Assembly: GCA_019309945.1 (NCBI GenBank)
Contig: JAFDFH010000001.1
Span: 1 to 33,112 of the forward strand
DNA length: 33,112 nt
Source of the DNA: Deltaproteobacteria bacterium
GTDB taxonomy: Bacteria; Desulfobacterota; Desulfobacteria; Desulfobacterales; JAFDFH01
Direction: 5' to 3'
The stretch's first letter is position 1; the number at the start of each line of letters is the position of its first letter. The notes below the pieces were generated by a model that saw only the letters and a program-made list of their open reading frames with translations, searched no databases and was not told the origin of the DNA. Of this stretch, positions 32,557 through 33,112 are shown piece after piece. The position numbers and the translations under genes are program-made.

Positions 32557-33112
32557 ATGAATTACAACATCAGGAAATTGTCAAGAAAGAGAGTCATCGC
32601 CTTCTTTATTGCGCTTCTGATCGCGGTTTTTGCAGGATGTGCCCCGAAAGCGTCAGTCCGACAAAGCCAGGAAGAAGCTGGCGATACGAACGAACCAAAG
32701 CTTATAACGGGAATAACTGCGGAAGAGGATTCCGGATCGATCATGGTTCTGGTGGAGGGAAATGTCCCACTGACCTTTACGTCCGTTAAGCAGCCCTATC
32801 CCCCGGCGGTGATCCTTTATTTTCCGGATACAGCCCTCGACAAAGTCGAGTCGTCCTTATTCCCCACCATTGATTTAATCAACTCAATCAATACTTCGGA
32901 ATTGACGGAAAATGGGCATACGATCAGAATCGAAATTGCTTTGAAGAAGGATCTTCCGTATGAGGTTATCTCGGAGGACCCGGGTTTGCGAATCACCTTT
33001 AAAAAGGCACCTGAAATGTTGTCTTTTACAAAGCCGATCGAAGAAGTCAAGGAAGAACCTGTTACGCAACCGGAAACACAGCCTTATGAAAAGAGCCATC
33101 CCCAGGCAACCC
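32557..33112 (+). CDS. pilQ: Type IV pilus secretin PilQ, N-terminal part (lipobox plus AMIN domain); truncated by the window end
   Basis: This ORF is not in the supplied track because it is open at the window end. The ATG at 32557 gives MNYNIRKLSRKRVIAFFIALLIAVFAGC (lipobox). An AMIN-like segment follows (ITGITAEEDSGSIMVLVEGNVPLTFTSVKQPYPPAVILYFPDT). It starts 2 nt after pilP. Confidence 0.75.
   Translation, partial: MNYNIRKLSRKRVIAFFIALLIAVFAGCAPKASVRQSQEEAGDTNEPKLITGITAEEDSGSIMVLVEGNVPLTFTSVKQPYPPAVILYFPDTALDKVESSLFPTIDLINSINTSELTENGHTIRIEIALKKDLPYEVISEDPGLRITFKKAPEMLSFTKPIEEVKEEPVTQPETQPYEKSHPQAT

Noticed and set aside
1-33112. Searched for CRISPR arrays, tRNA/rRNA/tmRNA/RNase P signatures, transposase or integrase genes, in-frame TGA (selenocysteine) interruptions, and integron attC sites around the repeat-bracketed small genes
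   Set aside because: I saw no regularly spaced direct repeats with unique spacers, no tRNA-like T-arm or RNase P core motifs, no recombinase ORFs and no split ORFs joined by TGA. The repeat junctions lack the attC GTTRRRY core. The scan was visual only, so small RNAs could have been missed.

Overview
This 33.1 kb chromosomal window (about 43-45% GC) has gene content typical of a Desulfobacterota (deltaproteobacterial, sulfate-reducer-like) genome; that taxonomic placement is inference only. I saw no rRNA, tRNA, CRISPR array, transposase or phage genes. Coding content, in order:
- A Rieske / cytochrome b / 11-heme cytochrome c operon (-).
- A dynamin-like GTPase followed by a ferredoxin-less RACo-like ASKHA protein (+).
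- A long minus-strand gene string: rdgB, nitroreductase, GTP-PEPCK, ampG, a hypothetical protein, recQ.
- A TrkA/RCK protein and a bacterial cereblon (CULT) protein.
- recN, overlapping by 4 nt an orphan 7TM-GAF histidine kinase.
- An FmdB zinc-ribbon protein, a Fur-FeoA fusion regulator, a PflX-type radical SAM protein, an SH3b protein and a TPR protein.
- A histidine kinase / NtrC-type sigma54 activator pair (-).
- An XRE-HTH gene followed by pilMNOPQ (pilQ truncated by the window end).

The most interesting signals are non-coding:
1. A compact module lies downstream of the NtrC-type regulator. It has a perfect 46-bp double palindrome, about 125 bp of AT-rich spacer, a correctly spaced sigma54 -24/-12 promoter, a roughly 75-nt transcript with a C-rich anti-SD-like stretch, and a strong terminator. 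This is a candidate activator-dependent small RNA. A second sigma54-type promoter lies on the other side of the same operon.
2. A dense family of 141-155 bp fold-back MITE/ERIC-like repeats has target-site duplications. Their helices are conserved by covariation and by G:U pairs that work only in the + sense, and every copy is in the same orientation.
3. A repeat-borne terminator module abuts or supplies the stop codons of two minus-strand genes.
4. A 60-nt element is conserved upstream of recN and of the histidine kinase operon.
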